This document shows positions 13,411 to 28,742 of a DNA stretch of 64,000 nt, piece after piece (position 1 is the first letter of the stretch; each line of letters begins with the position of its first letter). Source of the stretch: Camelus dromedarius (Eukaryota); the NCBI RefSeq assembly GCF_036321535.1, contig NC_087436.1, positions 57,972,001 to 58,036,000 of the forward strand, read 5' to 3'. Made by a program: the position numbers and the translations under genes. The notes below the pieces were generated by a model, which worked only from the letters and a program-made list of their open reading frames with translations, did not search any database and was not told the origin of the DNA.

Positions 13411-15660
13411 GCACACACTGAATTTTTGTTTGTCTATCATTGTCTGCCTAATGCATTCTTGTTCATTTTGCATGATTCTGCTAAAGCAAATTCTCTGTGA
13501 AACTTCTTCTGAGCCCAGTCAAACTCCCTGCAGAATTAGTCAGTTCTCCTATGGGACTCCAGAGCACCATTTACCTACTACTATTAGAGTATTTTCCTTT
13601 CACATTTTATTGTGTAATTACATGCCTGCTTCCTCCACTAGACTAACTGATCCTCTAAGTCAGGAACTACTCTTTGTGTCTCCAGACCTCTAGTGCTGCC
13701 TGCCTTTTGATGAACTGGTTCTAGTACTTAAGGGGCCAGCCTATTTGCTACATGGAGAAATGTTCCTAGAACTCATGGGAAAGCAGAAGGAAGCTGGGAA
13801 GTGTTTGAGAACAGCTAATTGAGCAACAGGAACCACTACACAGGTCAGAGAAGAGGATAGCCAGCTTAGGATGGGGAAGGGGGTGGGTTCACATTTTTTT
13901 CTGTCATTTCTATTCACTGCTTGAGACTGTAAGATAAACTTTGTCCATAAGTTATAGAGACATAAAATCAGTCATTGTGAAAGACAAACTGAGTAGGGGA
14001 AAATGGTGCCTAGGTAGAGAAGGGGAGATAAATCTCTCAGGAAAATCACAAACATAGATGTATGTGTTTGGGAACAAAGATGGAAGCTGTAGATTATTAC
14101 AAGTATCAAAGTTCAGTAGCAAGGATAGGGGGCCGCAGCATCTGCTGTGTGTCAGGTATGTACTTTGTTCTAGAAAAAGTGATGTAAGTCACCATTTCTT
14201 AAGCATCTACTAGGCGCCAACTCCCACCCCACCATCTCTTTAAGGTTTATTATATCTCATTAATCAGCATTACAAATATAATCAATTGAAATCAATAATC
14301 ATTTCCATTTTACTGGTGAAAAAACAGAGACTCAAAAATGTCAAGTAATTTGTTCACTTCACATGACCAGAAAGTAGGTGAGATGGCTTGTATTTGTCTG
14401 TTAAATACCACTTCTCTTTCGTGAATTTCCTACACGATATACTAGGTCTGATTCAAATGTGCCTTCTCAATGAAGCCTTCTCTGATCTCTCCAACCAAAA
14501 CCAACAATAGACACTTCAGCCTTATTTATTACAATTTGAATATTCCAAATTATATCATGTCTTTGTGTATTTACCTTCAATCTTACAGTATATTTTATGT
14601 TTCTTAAAGGAAAGAGCAAACTTTTGTAAAATTGGAAATATTTTTTCCATTGAAAGAAAAATCCAGCGTTCAATGAGACCCTCTGAGTCACTTGCTAGAC
14701 TTAGAAAGGTCAAAGTTCTATATTTTGTCCTTAAACTTTGTAACAAATTTTTTGATTAAAAAATGTTGATATTTTCCAAAAATTTTATTTTTTTTTAGTA
14801 ATTTATATCCTGTTTCAAGTTCTCTAATACCAATTATATTATAGTGTAAAGAACTTCTAACACTTTCCTAATTTGGAGGCTTTATAATAGCACTTTGGGA
14901 GCTAAAGAAAGCATAATGGAGAAATGAAGAAAAAAGTACTAATCAAATAAAGTCATCAAATTTTTTTAAACTAGTAGTAAAAGCCATGTGAAAGCATGTA
15001 ATGTTCTAGCACTATATAAAATTTAAAAATTTGAAGTAAGGCAAAAAATGACTTGACAATAATATTTTGTAAGGCAACAGCAAAGATTTTTAGAATATAG
15101 AGATGTTATACCAATCATTAGAAAGTCTTAATTGTATTTTGAAAAAAGTTTCAGAGCTTCTAGCCAAATGAACAGATACAGTTAAAATTTTGAGGATCCA
15201 GCATCATAAAATGTACAGAGGTCATCAGTTCGCAGAGTTTCAGATAGTTTTAACTATTTGGTTTGGTACAGAGTTCACAGAGCAGAAGTAAGTCTGCTAT
15301 ATGTTTTTGTAAAAGTAATCATGTTTAGGCAACAATAGCCTGATTCAAGGCAATCTCTTCTCAGAAGCAAAACTTTAACTTGCATAAAAAATTTAAGTAT
15401 TAGTTAGACAACTTGTTAAATCCAATCAGGTAAACAGCACTTTTAAATCCCCAGAAGGTTTCTTAAAATCATCCTGGCTATGAGCCTAAATATATATAAA
15501 TACAAAGCATTCTTGGCAATTAACTGGACAGTACGGGGTAAATGTGATGAGCAAAAATCACGGTGCTACCTCAATTAGTGCTAATGAGAGCTGTGTAGTT
15601 AATTCCCTCACACTGCTCTTAATTTTCATCTCCTCGGTGGGGTCTATTCCAAAGCATTTA

Positions 15661-15996
<336 letters not shown>

Positions 15997-17899
15997 TCAG
16001 CACTGCAGGCTATCTAAAACTAATTGAGTAGCTGATGGAACTCTCAAATACGTTTAAGGTTGAGTACGTTAAATGTGTTTACGTGAAAGATGTAGAATTG
16101 TTATTTTTTAAATGAATTTCTCTTCACAGAGCCTTGTAGATTATCTCTCTTCTGGAAAATGTTAGGACACAGGGGAGGGAGGTGACTGGGGAAGATCCTC
16201 ACTTCCCTAAAGCAAACGTGAGATAAAGAGGGTACACTCCTTATTTTACCTCTACATTAAACAGTGACATTAATCTCAGGCAAAACATGGATATCATTAA
16301 TGGCTGATGAATCTGAATCAAGATTACTATAATTTCTTAAAATAGGCAACAATATCACTAACCTTGACATTTTTCAATCTAAATAGAAAGAGGGTGAGCC
16401 TTGACATGTTGTCTTCAAAGGGTCTTAGGTCACCTAGACCACAAATAAATAAAACAGCTACATTTTTGCCTATTTTAGGTGTACTCCTTTGTTAGCTAAA
16501 ATCTGGCCAATTTGGTAGAGATGGTTTATTTTCAGGAGTATGGGGGATATACTTTGTGTGTAAAACATAAATTTTAACAAAATATTCACACACATTTTCC
16601 AAAATAAGCAAAGTTCTGAAAGATCATCAAGTAAAACGTGTCTATTTCACATTTAAATGAGAGTAAAATACAGTCTAAATAAAGTGCTTAGAAATTTGTA
16701 CTTTCATGTATATTTAAGTAACAATTAAGTGTCTGAAATGTTACAGGTAATTCTTCCTAGTGCCACATTGGCTGTTTATAAAAGAAGGGCATCAAAACAT
16801 TGATAGGTATGATTGGAAGATGTATCCGGCACAATATAATCTTAATATAGCAGATTTGTTCTGACTATGAAGTACTGTATATTCTTCTGTATAACATAAA
16901 ATGTTAAAAGGAGGGAAAAAAAAAAGCTAGTTAAGATAAGGAGTGAATGAATTGTAGGTTGCATATTATGAATCGAATTATCTCAAAATTCCTAAATTTT
17001 TCCATGCATGTAAAATTTACCTCTCAAGGACAATAATGTCATTTAAAAAAAATACATTAGCAATTAAAAGCAATATATAAGCCCACAGAGTAAGAAAAAA
17101 AATAGTGACAAATTTGGAAACTAACATTTGCTCATAACCAAAGTCTGTATTTGCAAGGTAACACATTAAAAATAATAATTTTGAAATTTGCTTTTTTATG
17201 ATTAGTTTTATTTTAAAACAACTACTATAAATATTACATGTTCAGTTATCTGACTCTCAAACTCTTCACGATAGATAACTGCATAAATTTTACCTTATAT
17301 TCCTTATTCCTAATTAAATTTTAAACCCAGGATGTCAGCATCATAGTGGCTTAAAAGAACAAATCCTCATATAGAGCAGAATGAGATAAAAGGAGCTGGA
17401 ATAGTAAAGGTATTATATACTCATTAAACATCCAGGTCAGAAAGTTCCTAAGGATGTAAGGTACTCAAGCATGGATTAAACAAAGGGTTAGATCTGATGA
17501 AATTCAGCAGATACAGGGAGACATATAACAGAACTATGTTCACACTCAAGCAGGCCTTCTCAAACTTTGTTGTAAATCAGAATCACTTAGAAATCTTATC
17601 AAAAAGGCTGAAGCCTGGGCCCCATCTCAGAACCAATACGCCTTTAAAATATGTGTCAGAGCAGATCCTTGATTTTGAATTGTAAAGCTGTTGTTTTTTA
17701 GTTTGTATCACTTAATGTGCACCTAAATATAAGACAGACAAAGCCAAAAATACATTGAAATAAGTAGAGATGTTCAGAAAACACAGTGTGACCAGAGCAA
17801 AGGTTTCAGATCATTTGTGCTCTAGGAAATCTCTGCTCATAGAAATAAAATCTCAGTGCAATTTTGTATCTTAACTTTGAGGGAAAAGATTGTTTAAAA

Positions 17900-18410
17900 A
17901 AAAATTGTAGAATACAGTAACAGATGCTGTGTGCCCAGAATACAACTGTGACTATCCCTCCCAAGATTGAGGCAGACAATAAACAAGTCCACAAAGTAAT
18001 ACGCACAAATCACACTAAGTGCCCTGAAGGAAGTAATAAGGGCGTGCTGGTAGATAATCATAGGGTGAGGAGGAGGATCTCTTTTACTTAGAATACTCAA
18101 GGAAGTTTTCTCTGGAAACTGATATTTAAACTGTGATCAAAAGGATGAGAAAACTTTGCCCAGACAGAGAGATGGGATGAGAGGCCAACAGCAGTGCCCG
18201 GAGGCACGGCCAAGAGCTTGTGTCTGAAGTACCTACAGGATTTCAGCCTGGCTGCAGCCAAGCTAGCGAGGGTGGAGCTAGGAAGGGCAGAGTTTGGTGA
18301 AGTTGTATGGAGAGAGAAGGTCAAATCAGATGGATCCTTGTGAGACACAGAAAGAGGTTCTGATTTTTTTCTGACAGTTTTAATCGCTTGAAAGTTGTAA
18401 GTAGAGGATC
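17900..18410 (-). mobile_element. L2 LINE fragment
   Basis: Purine-rich antisense L2 pattern (ggaagttttctctggaaactgatatttaaactgtgatcaaaaggatgaga...ggtcaaatcagatggatccttgt). Confidence 0.65.
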
Positions 18411-19362
18411 TGAATATGTAGATGGTAGGCTATGTGTACGGAATGAAAAGCAGTCTGATGTGATTTAGAAAGCATGATACAAATTCAGCTTGTAAATGAT
18501 CTTCCCTTGATTTAAAACACTATGAACTTTTCTAGCTTTTATTTTTGACCAGAAATTTTAAAACATACTTATTGTCATTTGGCCAGAAAAGTGATATGAT
18601 AAAAGATTGCTTCTGTTCCTCTGTTTCCTTAGTCTGCAGTGCTGGTTACACTGCCTAGATAAGTGATTATAAAGTTTTCAAAATTTTTTCTGATCTGTAA
18701 ATGAAGACATCGTTATCTTATAGATATCTTGAAAGATTAATTAGTGAGGAGGGTGGTGTGTGTGCCTGCATGGGAAATCCCGTGTAGGTTCTCACACATG
18801 GTAGTTGTTATTATTGTTAATAGTAGTTCATAATAGCTTAAGGGACCACCTCTCTCTCCCCCAATAGAACAGAATCACCTAAAGGTTTACTGATGGCTAG
18901 CTGCCCAAAATAGCAAGCATAATATTTTAGAGTCTTGGAATGCAGGAGTTAAGTGAACAATAGTAGTTTTGCTTATTTGAGAGTAACATCAAACACTTAT
19001 CACTATGGAAAAATTAAAAAAGAGACTGGGCCTTTGACTTTGTCAATTTGTGAATGTGATCAACCACCACAATTATCCAGCTACATTATCTGTGTATCTT
19101 GTTAGTTGGCAGGAGATGAGTAAAATGCTACAGGTTATAGAAATTAAAAAGACAAGAGGTGATGCCTGACCTCATAAAGCTTCAAGGCCTGTGGGATGAC
19201 TAGATGTTATTTATTGATAACAGAAAGGTAAATGGCCGTTTCAGTAGTTCCCAGAGATTCTTAATTCTACTGACCAGATAATTATATAACAGCAAGTGAT
19301 GGAAGACTCACTAAGTTATTGAACACAAGATTAGGACAAAAAAAAAATTTTTTTTTTCCTGC

Positions 19363-19882
19363 GTGAGGTAGGCAGAAAATGACCTCCCAGATATGCCCAA
19401 GTCCTAATCCCTGGAATCTATGGATAGGTTAGGTTACACAGCAAAGAGGAACTAATACTCCAGATGACATTAAGGTTGTCAATCACCTGACCTTAAAATA
19501 GACAGCTCCTATTACTTCAGCAGGATTAGTGTAATCACAGGGTCCTTACAATTAAAAGGAGGAGGCAGAAGAGGAGAGTCAAAGGGAGATTTGACTACCA
19601 AAGAATGAGTTGAGACTTTTTGGAAACTTCAGAGATGGATATCTGAAGATGAAGGAAGGTGACCTTGAAAGAAGACATGTGGATGGTCCTTACACGCAGC
19701 ACAAAAAACTGACTCTCCCCAAGAACCTACAGAAAGGAACACAGCCTTGCTTACCCCTTGATTATGGCCCATTGTGATCCCAAGTGAGACTTCTGACCTA
19801 CAGAACTGTAAGATAATAATTTGTGTTGGTTAACCCTCTAAATCTGTGATCACTTATTACATCAGCAACAGAAAACTAATAT
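19363..19882 (+). mobile_element. MaLR solo LTR (MLT1D-like)
   Basis: tgaggtaggcagaaaatgacctcccagatatgcccaagtcctaatccctggaatct...cttctgacctacagaactgtaagataataatttgtgttg...cagcaacagaaaactaata. Confidence 0.85.
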
Positions 19883-19904
19883 AGAAGTACAGTTTAGTCC
19901 CTAG

Positions 19905-20080
19905 GTTGGTATTTTTCAAATTGCGGTCCACTGAATTTTATTCTAGAATCATTTGGAAAACTTGTCCAAAAAGGAATATTCCTTAGCCCCATTCCATTCC
20001 TATGGAATGAGAAACTCTCCTGACAAAACCCAGAGATTTTTAACCCGATGATTTTTAGGAAACCGGTCTGGGAACCAGTG
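19905..20080. mobile_element. MER5-like hAT-Charlie fragment
   Basis: tagaatcatttggaaaacttgtccaaaaa...ttccttagccccattcc...tctgggaaccagtg. Confidence 0.5.
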
Positions 20081-20489
20081 CTCCAACTTCTTAACATTCT
20101 TTGTGTCACAGACTCCTCTGAGAAAAATCATGAAGGTTATGAATCCCTTTTCTCCCCAGTAAATGTACACACCCAAAACATTCTCACACTGCCTGGATTA
20201 TGGTCTCTTAGTCTAATCTGCTTGCTTCCCTTAAGAGTAGTTACTGGACAAGCTGGACCAGCACAGTCACTGCTCTTAACGATTGTTTTCTTATCCATAT
20301 TATATAAGAAGGTAACGTACAGATATTCACGTGTTAACTGTGTGTATTACGTCTTATGTAAATAGAAGAGCATGTAAAATAAAAGACATTTGTAAACTTA
20401 TAAACACCTCTCCCGATAACATTTAATTATGTTCAGTTAGTATTTAGACTAACTCTAGTTGGTTTTCAGGCCCAAGAAAAACATACGAG

Positions 20490-20860
20490 ACTGTAGAAGA
20501 CTGAGTTTTCAGGGAAGCAGACTCTGAAGTAGAGATTGGAGAGTAGGAGGTTCACTAGGGACTGCTCTCAGAAGTGACACCTGTGTGACAAGGAATGGGG
20601 GCAAAGGTCTGCAGAGGGAAAGCTGTGACGCAGTCCCACCAGAGAGCTCTGGAAGTGACACGGCCTTCAGGGTTACCCCGAGTTCGAGCTGGTGGAAGGA
20701 GGGCTTTGATAATGCTGCATGGACTTTGGTCCATGGCTCTCTTCAGCTGAGGGCAATTCCTGGAAAGGATAGTCAGCTGCCAGAACTCTCCTTGCTGCTG
20801 GGAGAATAAGTCCTTCACTTTTGAAGGGGAATTTGGGTGGCACAGGACAAAATGCATCCA
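20490..20860. mobile_element. ERVL LTR remnant (LTR16-like)
   Basis: GC-richer block containing gggaagcagactctgaagtagagattggagagtaggaggttcactaggga, resembling the recalled LTR16 group. Confidence 0.55.
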
Positions 20861-23800
20861 GAAATTTTCCTTACATTTATGGATTCAAAGGTTATTGTTT
20901 TGATTTTCAGGGTAATTTGACACAAAAAGCCCTTATTAGTCATTTCTAGTCAATATTTCATCTTTTTTTCTTTCTTTTTTAAATAATTTTTTATTTAAAT
21001 TTTATTACTGGGACATCTTTCTTTTTTAAAACAACTTTTTATCTTGGGGAAACACACTATACTTGATGTCAGAAAATCAAGCTTGGATGCTTACTTTGTT
21101 AACCACACAGTCCTGTGAACTCAGTATCAGTTTCATAGGTGGCATCTGTTGTTTTTACCTTCCCAGTATTTCTCCCCCTTTACTCAAATAACAAAACATT
21201 ATTTTACATTTAACACATATGTATTCCATATGTGCTCAACCCTCTGCATTTATTACCAGATGGTCAACCTGAGCTCTCCATGTCTTTGGCCTAATAATTA
21301 GTTCACAGATAGTCACAGGGCCCAAGCAATGACTGAAATTTCATATATGGATAAGGAAAAAAAATGATCTTTCTTTTGTATCACAAGTTGTAATGATGCA
21401 GTCTTGGAATTGCAAGAGCCATCATGTCTAGTGAGAAACTGAGAATGCAGCCAGCAAGTGAAGTGGAACAGAGACAAGCTGGCCATTTCTTAGACTTCCC
21501 AACTACACAAGTTAATATTTTTTTTTCTTTTTTTGCTTATCTAGTTTGAAATGAGCTGTCACTTTCAAGAGAAAGGATGTTGACTAATGCATAGTCTTTT
21601 GATCAACCTCTGGTAGTCTGGTAATGAAGGTGAAGGCACAGTTCCTGTTCTTGAAGTATATCGTTTAGTGGAGGAAATGACAATTTAAACCAGTAATTGT
21701 TTTAATGTGATTAATGCCAATTAAAGAAATGTAACAAAAGAATAGAAGCACAGGGAAAGTAACAACTGATCACACCTTATTGATGCAAAAATAAAGTTAT
21801 ATCACCTAATCACTGAGTTATTTTAGTAAAAGTAAGTAAGGTGTGTGAAATATTGAAGCAGTTTGTAAACTGCAACTTTCTATGCAATGTACATTCTCAT
21901 AATCAAGACTTTATTAACCCAGTCAAAAGTCCCATTTGTTTTTAATTTCCTTAGGCTGTTTTTTTCTTTGTTTGTTTATTTATTTATGCCTATGGAAAAA
22001 TGGAAAACAAAAAAAAAATCATGATAGGGACTAAAAGTTGATCTAGGTAACACCCTTAGAACTTGATATTCTAGCAACTATCAATTTCTGTGATATTTAA
22101 TTTCTGTTACTTACTTAGACCAACTTCCCACAACTCTCCAGGAGGTAGTGGCTGATTGAAGTACAATGATTTGTTTTACTAAATTGTGTAAAACAATGAC
22201 TTTATTATAATCACTGGTGTAAGATTAAATTTAATCTCTCTACTATAAATGGCTTACCTTAAACTAGATTAAAGTAGAAAAATCCCAGGTAATATTAGAA
22301 TCTAATGCATAAACACATTTCTAAACTAACCCCCAAACCAGAAATACGATACCCTATTGTTCATCCTAAACCAGTGGTCAGCATCCAAACAGATCGCTTT
22401 TAGAATCAAGTCTCTGCTTACTCTGTGCCACGCATTGTGGGAGGTCCTTGGAAGAGAACGTTCAGCAAGACGATCTCTACTCTCAAGGAGCTTGCTAGCT
22501 ACACATCTGATGATAACACTGACCCTATTACAGCTAGAAAAATCTTACAGTACTACTCATTTTCAAGACTGTAGTTGCCATTTAAATTTAGTGGCATTCT
22601 CTAGAATATATTAAATAGTAGTTTTCAGCCTGATCATTGTATTCAAATATCACCTTTAAAATATTGAATTTGGTAGGAAAAGATATTTGTAACTTAGGCT
22701 TTGTAAGCCTAAATTCTTTTCCTCTACTCAACTCCTTCGTTTGAGTAGATAACACACATTTAATCATTTTGAGCACTTAACGCTTTGAAGGCCTCACTGA
22801 GCAAGAGATGGCAGTACCGCATCATTGAAGCTTGATGTTGCTGAAGTTGCAACAGGATGTCAAGCTTTAAAATTGATATTTAGAGTCTTGTAGCTTTTTT
22901 TTTAAGGTAAAAAGAAATACATCACACTGCTGGACACATGTGATATATTAAGCTGAATGGCCCTTCCCAGCATATGAATAGCAAAATCTGTCAATACCTT
23001 GTTTCCTGGGAGAAAAAAAGGGGTTTTAACCATTGAGTTATTTTAAATTTTTTGTTTAGAAGAACACTTCCTTCAAGGAATTTGAGTCATTAACTGAGTA
23101 TTGCCTTGTCATTTGTAGTATATTTAGAAAATAAAGATAATAATGTGCTGTATTAGATTTTGAGGTGACACAATCCAGCAATAGAGATCCACTGAGATTA
23201 TCTACTTGATAAAAACTTGTGATTTTAACTTTGGGACATAGTATTTCAGTATAAGAGTCATTTTTACAGTAATGCTGGCTCAATATTTTTTAGGACACAC
23301 ATTGATGAATAAACCCAAAGTAGTAGAATGTCATTCTTGCCTACTTGACATAATACATACTACTGCAAACAAAATAGTTCAATAAGATGCCTTGATTAAT
23401 TCTATGCTCATTGATGCACACAGAAGTAAATGAGAGAACTGAAAGCTGGTAAGTGGCCAAATGAGTAATAAACTATTTTAAGACTGTCTGGAGAGAGAGT
23501 TAATAATATTATAGTCATCAGACATTTGGAAACACCCTCAGGATAATTATAAACATTTGCTATAAATTAAGAGGAATGTGTCCATTTTATAGGCCTTGAT
23601 TAAACCTACATCAGGACTGCACAGAATAAATATTATGATTCCTAGGAATGCATTCATGATGATGGCCATTCAATGTTCATTTCAAAAGGTTCTACCATAT
23701 GGCAATTTAACTGTAAGGAAGGTGATGTACTGAAGGGTAGTGCTTAAGGTCACTCAATTATGTACTGACCTTTAATGTGGGATCATTAAATCAGTGTTTT

Positions 23801-25929
23801 CAGAATGCAGGGGAGTCCATAAATAATCCATTCACTAATCCTTAAAGTTGAATTTATTTCTTTCTTTGTTTTTGTGTATATGGATGTCAAAAAGTAAGTA
23901 TTTCCATACACAGAGAGAAGTATATTTTCATTTTGTCATTTCCATGCTAAGATATTTTATCAACATCTATTATATACTACTAGGTCGTTGATTTTCAGAA
24001 AACTTAGTTTAACAAATTATAGTAGATATTTACACATGAGTAAAAGTTTTGTTGTAACTTAGAAGACTATCCTGAAACCTTAAGGAAAATGTCAGAAAAG
24101 CTAAGAAATTAAAACAAGTTTAAATTAACCAAAATAAACAAATCAAACTAAAATTAAGAAAGGAATATTTTAAAAGCAATTTTAAATGGGAAATTAGTAA
24201 GATAAACTTTTATAATTTTACATGTTATAATTTAACAATATTAAATTTAAAAATTAAGTTAATCAAATTAAAATAATCTAATTAATATTTAAATATGTAT
24301 TTTCTTCTTATAAGCAAGGTTTCCTTCAAACTGGAAAGGAGAGCACATGTGTCCACATATGCCTTCTCTTCACCCAGAGGGTCTTCATGTAACTCAGGCT
24401 GGTGATTGAGTGCCACCATGTCCCAGACCTAATTATTTCGTTTAAGGTTTAGCACAGGACCCAAACAGAGTCTGAGATTTGATATGTGGACAAACAGCCA
24501 TATGTGTGATGTTGATATATAGACAAAGAAGGAAAAGGATCTTTTTTTAGTATAATGATCTATAAGAATATGCTTGGAGTCACCAATGCCATCTGTCTTG
24601 CTTGAGAAGGAAGATAATATACAAAAAGAAGATTTAGCCAACTACTTTCAATAAGTTCGTGTCTCTACATCACCACTGTAACAAGCTCCTTAGATCCCTA
24701 TCATCACTGTATCCCTCCATGCTCCGTAACTGGACCCATTGATTAGTTTTTGAATAGATTCATCCCAATACTAGGCTATGGGACCAATATTTTTTTAAAT
24801 AAAGGAAATTAAAGAACCCAAATAGCTCCTTTGATGAAATGTACATCAACCTTCCTGCTTATGTCAGTCTTGTAAATCAGTTCTGTTCAGTCCACTCATC
24901 CATGAAATTCAACTTTTCTTTCAATATTCTCAGAATAGAAACCTCCCATTAAGTCAATCTATATACTTTTATTCTATTTTGAAGACAAGACATTCCTATA
25001 TCTTTCTGGCTTCTGTATACTGTCAATTCCAAGACTCCCTGACTCAGGAATCTAGCCACTGGCTGGTACATTCAACTAATTCCTTGCTTAGACCTCTCTG
25101 ATAGTGAGCCTGCCCAGCCAATGACTAACTGCTTTTAATGAGCCTCCCTAAATATCATATTCCATGTACTTGACCAAATTTCCTCTCAGAAATTTGGCTG
25201 AAAGCATAAACAGCACGCTAAGCAAATTGAGGATGATGCAAAATTGGAAGGATAGGGCAATGTAACAAGTAATACAATAAAGATTTAACAAAATGTTACA
25301 AAGGCAGAAAATATGAGAAAACACAACACGATACAAATTTTTTTGTTTTGCTAAAAAGAGGTAAAGGTCTCACCTCTCTAAGGCAATAAAATAGCATGTG
25401 GCATATTGTGTAATCAGTAAATGTGTCAGACTATATACAAAAATACTGAAAAAATAGAATAGATACAGGCATTTACAAAGGTGGACTATCTGAAAAGTAC
25501 GTCAAGTTGAAAATGGTTAACTGTTCTTGGTACTTAGGCAGTAGAAGACTAAGTAGGCTCATGGCTTAAAATCATTTTCTTTACTTATTGATAAATGTTT
25601 GCAAACAAAAGGATTATTTATTTTATATTATCCCAGAAATGGACTGTCTTGTCCAATACATTTTAAGTTTCATATAATGAAAAACTTCCTGACAATTAGA
25701 AATATCCAGTATCTATAATAAGAAATAGGCTCTTTCAGAATATAATAAATTCTTTTCTGTTTGAAGTATACGACAGAAACAATAATACCAGTTAAAGATA
25801 ATGAGGAGGATGTCTGCTGAAATTTGTCTCCAAATGCCTCACCTAGGAACAAAGCTGGTTGTATCAGAAACACCTGGGTGATGTTAAAATATGTATGTTT
25901 CTACTGCTTATCTTGCAATAATTCTGTTT

Positions 25930-27250
25930 CCAGGGGTCTATAATGCCAAACAGCTTTCCATAGTAATTGTACATTTTTACATCCAGCCACAAAGTAGGAG
26001 AGTTCCAGTTTGCCACATTCTTGCCTGCATGTAGTACTGGCCTTCAGCCAATATAATGGGTACAGACTGGTATCCTGCTTTAATTTGCATAGACCTGTGG
26101 ACTAAAATCGTTCAGCACCTCTTCTTGTGTTTATTGGCTATTTACATATCTTCTTATATAATTGTCTGCATAACTTTTTTTCACACTTTTAATTGTATAT
26201 TTCTGTTGGTCTCATACTGTTGCTATGTAGGAGTTTAGTTTGTGTAATTCTCTGAACTCTTTACATAGCCCATTTATTTACACACGTTTTTCAGATATTT
26301 GTATTGAAATCTATTCCCCAGTTTGTAGTCTGCCTATTTATTTTCTTAATGGTGTCTATTATGAGCAGAAAGTTTTCATTTTGATGAAGTCCAAATTGCT
26401 GCTAGCTTTTTTGATTAGTTCTTGATGTGTTTTAAGAAATCTCTGTTTACCCCAGAGTCATGAAGATTTTCTCTTATCTTTCCTTCTAAAAGATTTATAA
26501 TTCTAGCTTTTAGTTTAGGTCTGTGATCAATCTTGAGTTAATTTTTGTATGGTGTGATAAATATGTTAAAAGTTTTATGTGTTCTTTTCATACAGATCCA
26601 GAGTTTTCTTAGTACTAATGGTTAAGAGCACACCACCACTGACTGGGCACATTGGTCAATAGCAAAGTGACTGTGTATGTGCGGGTAAATTTTTGAACTC
26701 TATGATCTATTTGTAAATCCTAGGCCTCTAAGAAATGAGCTTTGAAATCAGATAAAACATTGAATCTAATTTTTCTCCAATACAAGTTCTTTAGATATTC
26801 CATATGAATTTTAGAATCAGCTTTCAATATTCAATCAGCTTTTAAATCAATAATTTCAAAACAGTCTTACATTTTTACTTCCTCTACAAACTGTATTCAA
26901 TATTAACTTTTATTTCTTGCTTTATTTCAGTGGCTAGGACTTTCAGTACAACATTTTCTTCTGCAGATAGTTAGTGACATTTTCTCTTTTATTCCTGATA
27001 TTAATAAATTTTACTTTCTCTGTGTGTGTTTTATTATAATGGTTTTGGTTTTGTTAAGAATTTATCAATTTTATTAATCTTTACAAAGTATTAGTAATTT
27101 TAGATTTTGCTAGTTTTCTTTATTGTTTGTTTTCCATTTCATTAATTTTCATTATTTTTTAAAAATTGTCTTCTTTCTTGTACTTAGGCTTTCATATAGC
27201 CTTATTTTGTTACATTCTGAAGTTGGAAGTTTAATTTCTTTCTAATTAAG
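25930..27250 (-). mobile_element. Old L1 ORF2 fragments
   Basis: T-rich antisense L1 motifs (gagttccagtttgccacattcttgcc, gagcagaaagttttcattttgatgaagtccaa, ttccatatgaattttagaatcagctt). Confidence 0.8.
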
Positions 27251-27969
27251 CCTTGCTTTAAAAAAAAAATGTAAGTGTAGGTTTTTGTTTTTGTTTTGTA
27301 GTTACTGTGCTCGGGGCTCAATGGGCTGATGTCCTTCCTGGGCATGATGCTTCTTTCTGTTTCTCCAGACCAGCCTGGGTGGCAGCTTGGCCTAAATGGC
27401 GCTTAGGAGATTCGGACTTAATCCTGTTTCAGACTCCTAGTCTTTTATTAGATGAACATGACTCTGTATCATAAGGATAATGGGCACATTGTGAGTACAC
27501 TTTGTCAAGTCTCCCTATAGTGACCAATGCAGGCTGAAGTGGGGAACATAATTGGCTTCCATAATTTTTATAAAGTGTACTTACATTTCTTGCACCTGAC
27601 CATTTCTGATGAAAGGTTTGAGTGCAAATAGGAGTTAATAGAGAAAAAAATGAAACCACAGCTACTGAAACGGGACACACCAAATTTCTGGAGCTGGAGG
27701 GAGAGAAGCAACCCCAACACTTGGGGAGGGAACATCTTTACACCTCCTAAGAAGTAGGGAGAGGAGATGGACATTAATGGTCTTTGTCTTTCAGAAGAAT
27801 TTTTTTTTCTTTAAAGATTACACCCTGGTGCACACCTTTCAAACAGGTATAAGTGCCTTAAATTTGACTGCCAGGCATGCTATTCCTTCCCAGAAGGCTA
27901 GCCTCACAACTTGATCACCATTCCCCTAATCTTACCAAAATGTCTACTGAAAACAGTGGGGGATATACT

Positions 27970-28742
27970 TGTCCTGCAAAACACCTGTTAGTGTCTCCAA
28001 ATACCTTCTCCACCGTATTCTCATTGATTATAGAGAGATAAGAAGGTTCCCAGACTGGTGCCCTAGAACAGAAATTGGTAAGCAATTTCTTAAAGGGCCA
28101 GCTTGTAATATTTTAGGCATATGGGTTATATTGCTTCTATTGAAAATGCTCAACTCTGCTACTGTAGTTCAAAAGCAGGCAGTGAAGATGTAAACAAATG
28201 TGTATTCTGTGTTGCAATGAAACTTTATTTACAAAAAGAAGTTTCAGGTCTTACAAGTAGAGTGTTGATCTCTGGAACACACAAGAAGGACAGACTGCAC
28301 TCACTGCCCTCAGGCTGTCCCTTCTAAACAAGAGCTGGACTCAAATAGTCTATATAAATCGAGAACTCGTAGCACCACTAGCTGGCAAGGAGGTCAAGCT
28401 GGAGGCCATACTGATGTGTGTCCCCTTTCAGGACACATGGTGAACAGGTTTACTAGAAGCCTATTGTAAAAAATTCAGGTTTGCTAAATTGGGGTTCCTC
28501 TGCTCTCATACAAGCCCACAGCATGTACAAATCCACCTAAGCAGTTCCACATAGCCTTGTTGTACCTGAGGCTGAGAGGAACTGACATTAATATAAGGCT
28601 CATGCTGCTTGCTGTGCCCTGAGTACTAACGTCTTCTCTCTCTAATCCAGGAGCGCAGTGTTTTCTGCCAGCATCCATAGAATTGAGGCAGACTAACTTG
28701 TGAGCTTGCAAGTAGGATAAAACCTCAGACCCATCACAGTAA
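27970..28742 (+). mobile_element. ERVL-type LTR remnant preceded by a polypurine-tract-like sequence, interrupted by MER58
   Basis: aaaacagtggggga precedes TG at about 27970. The 3' part (ctaacttgtgagcttgcaagtaggataaaacctcagacccatcaca) resembles ERVL LTR ends. Confidence 0.45.
28068..28245 (+). mobile_element. MER58A-like hAT-Charlie element
   Basis: taaagggccagcttgtaatattttaggc...ctcaactctgctactgtagttcaaaagcag...aatgaaactttatttacaaaaa. Confidence 0.8.
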
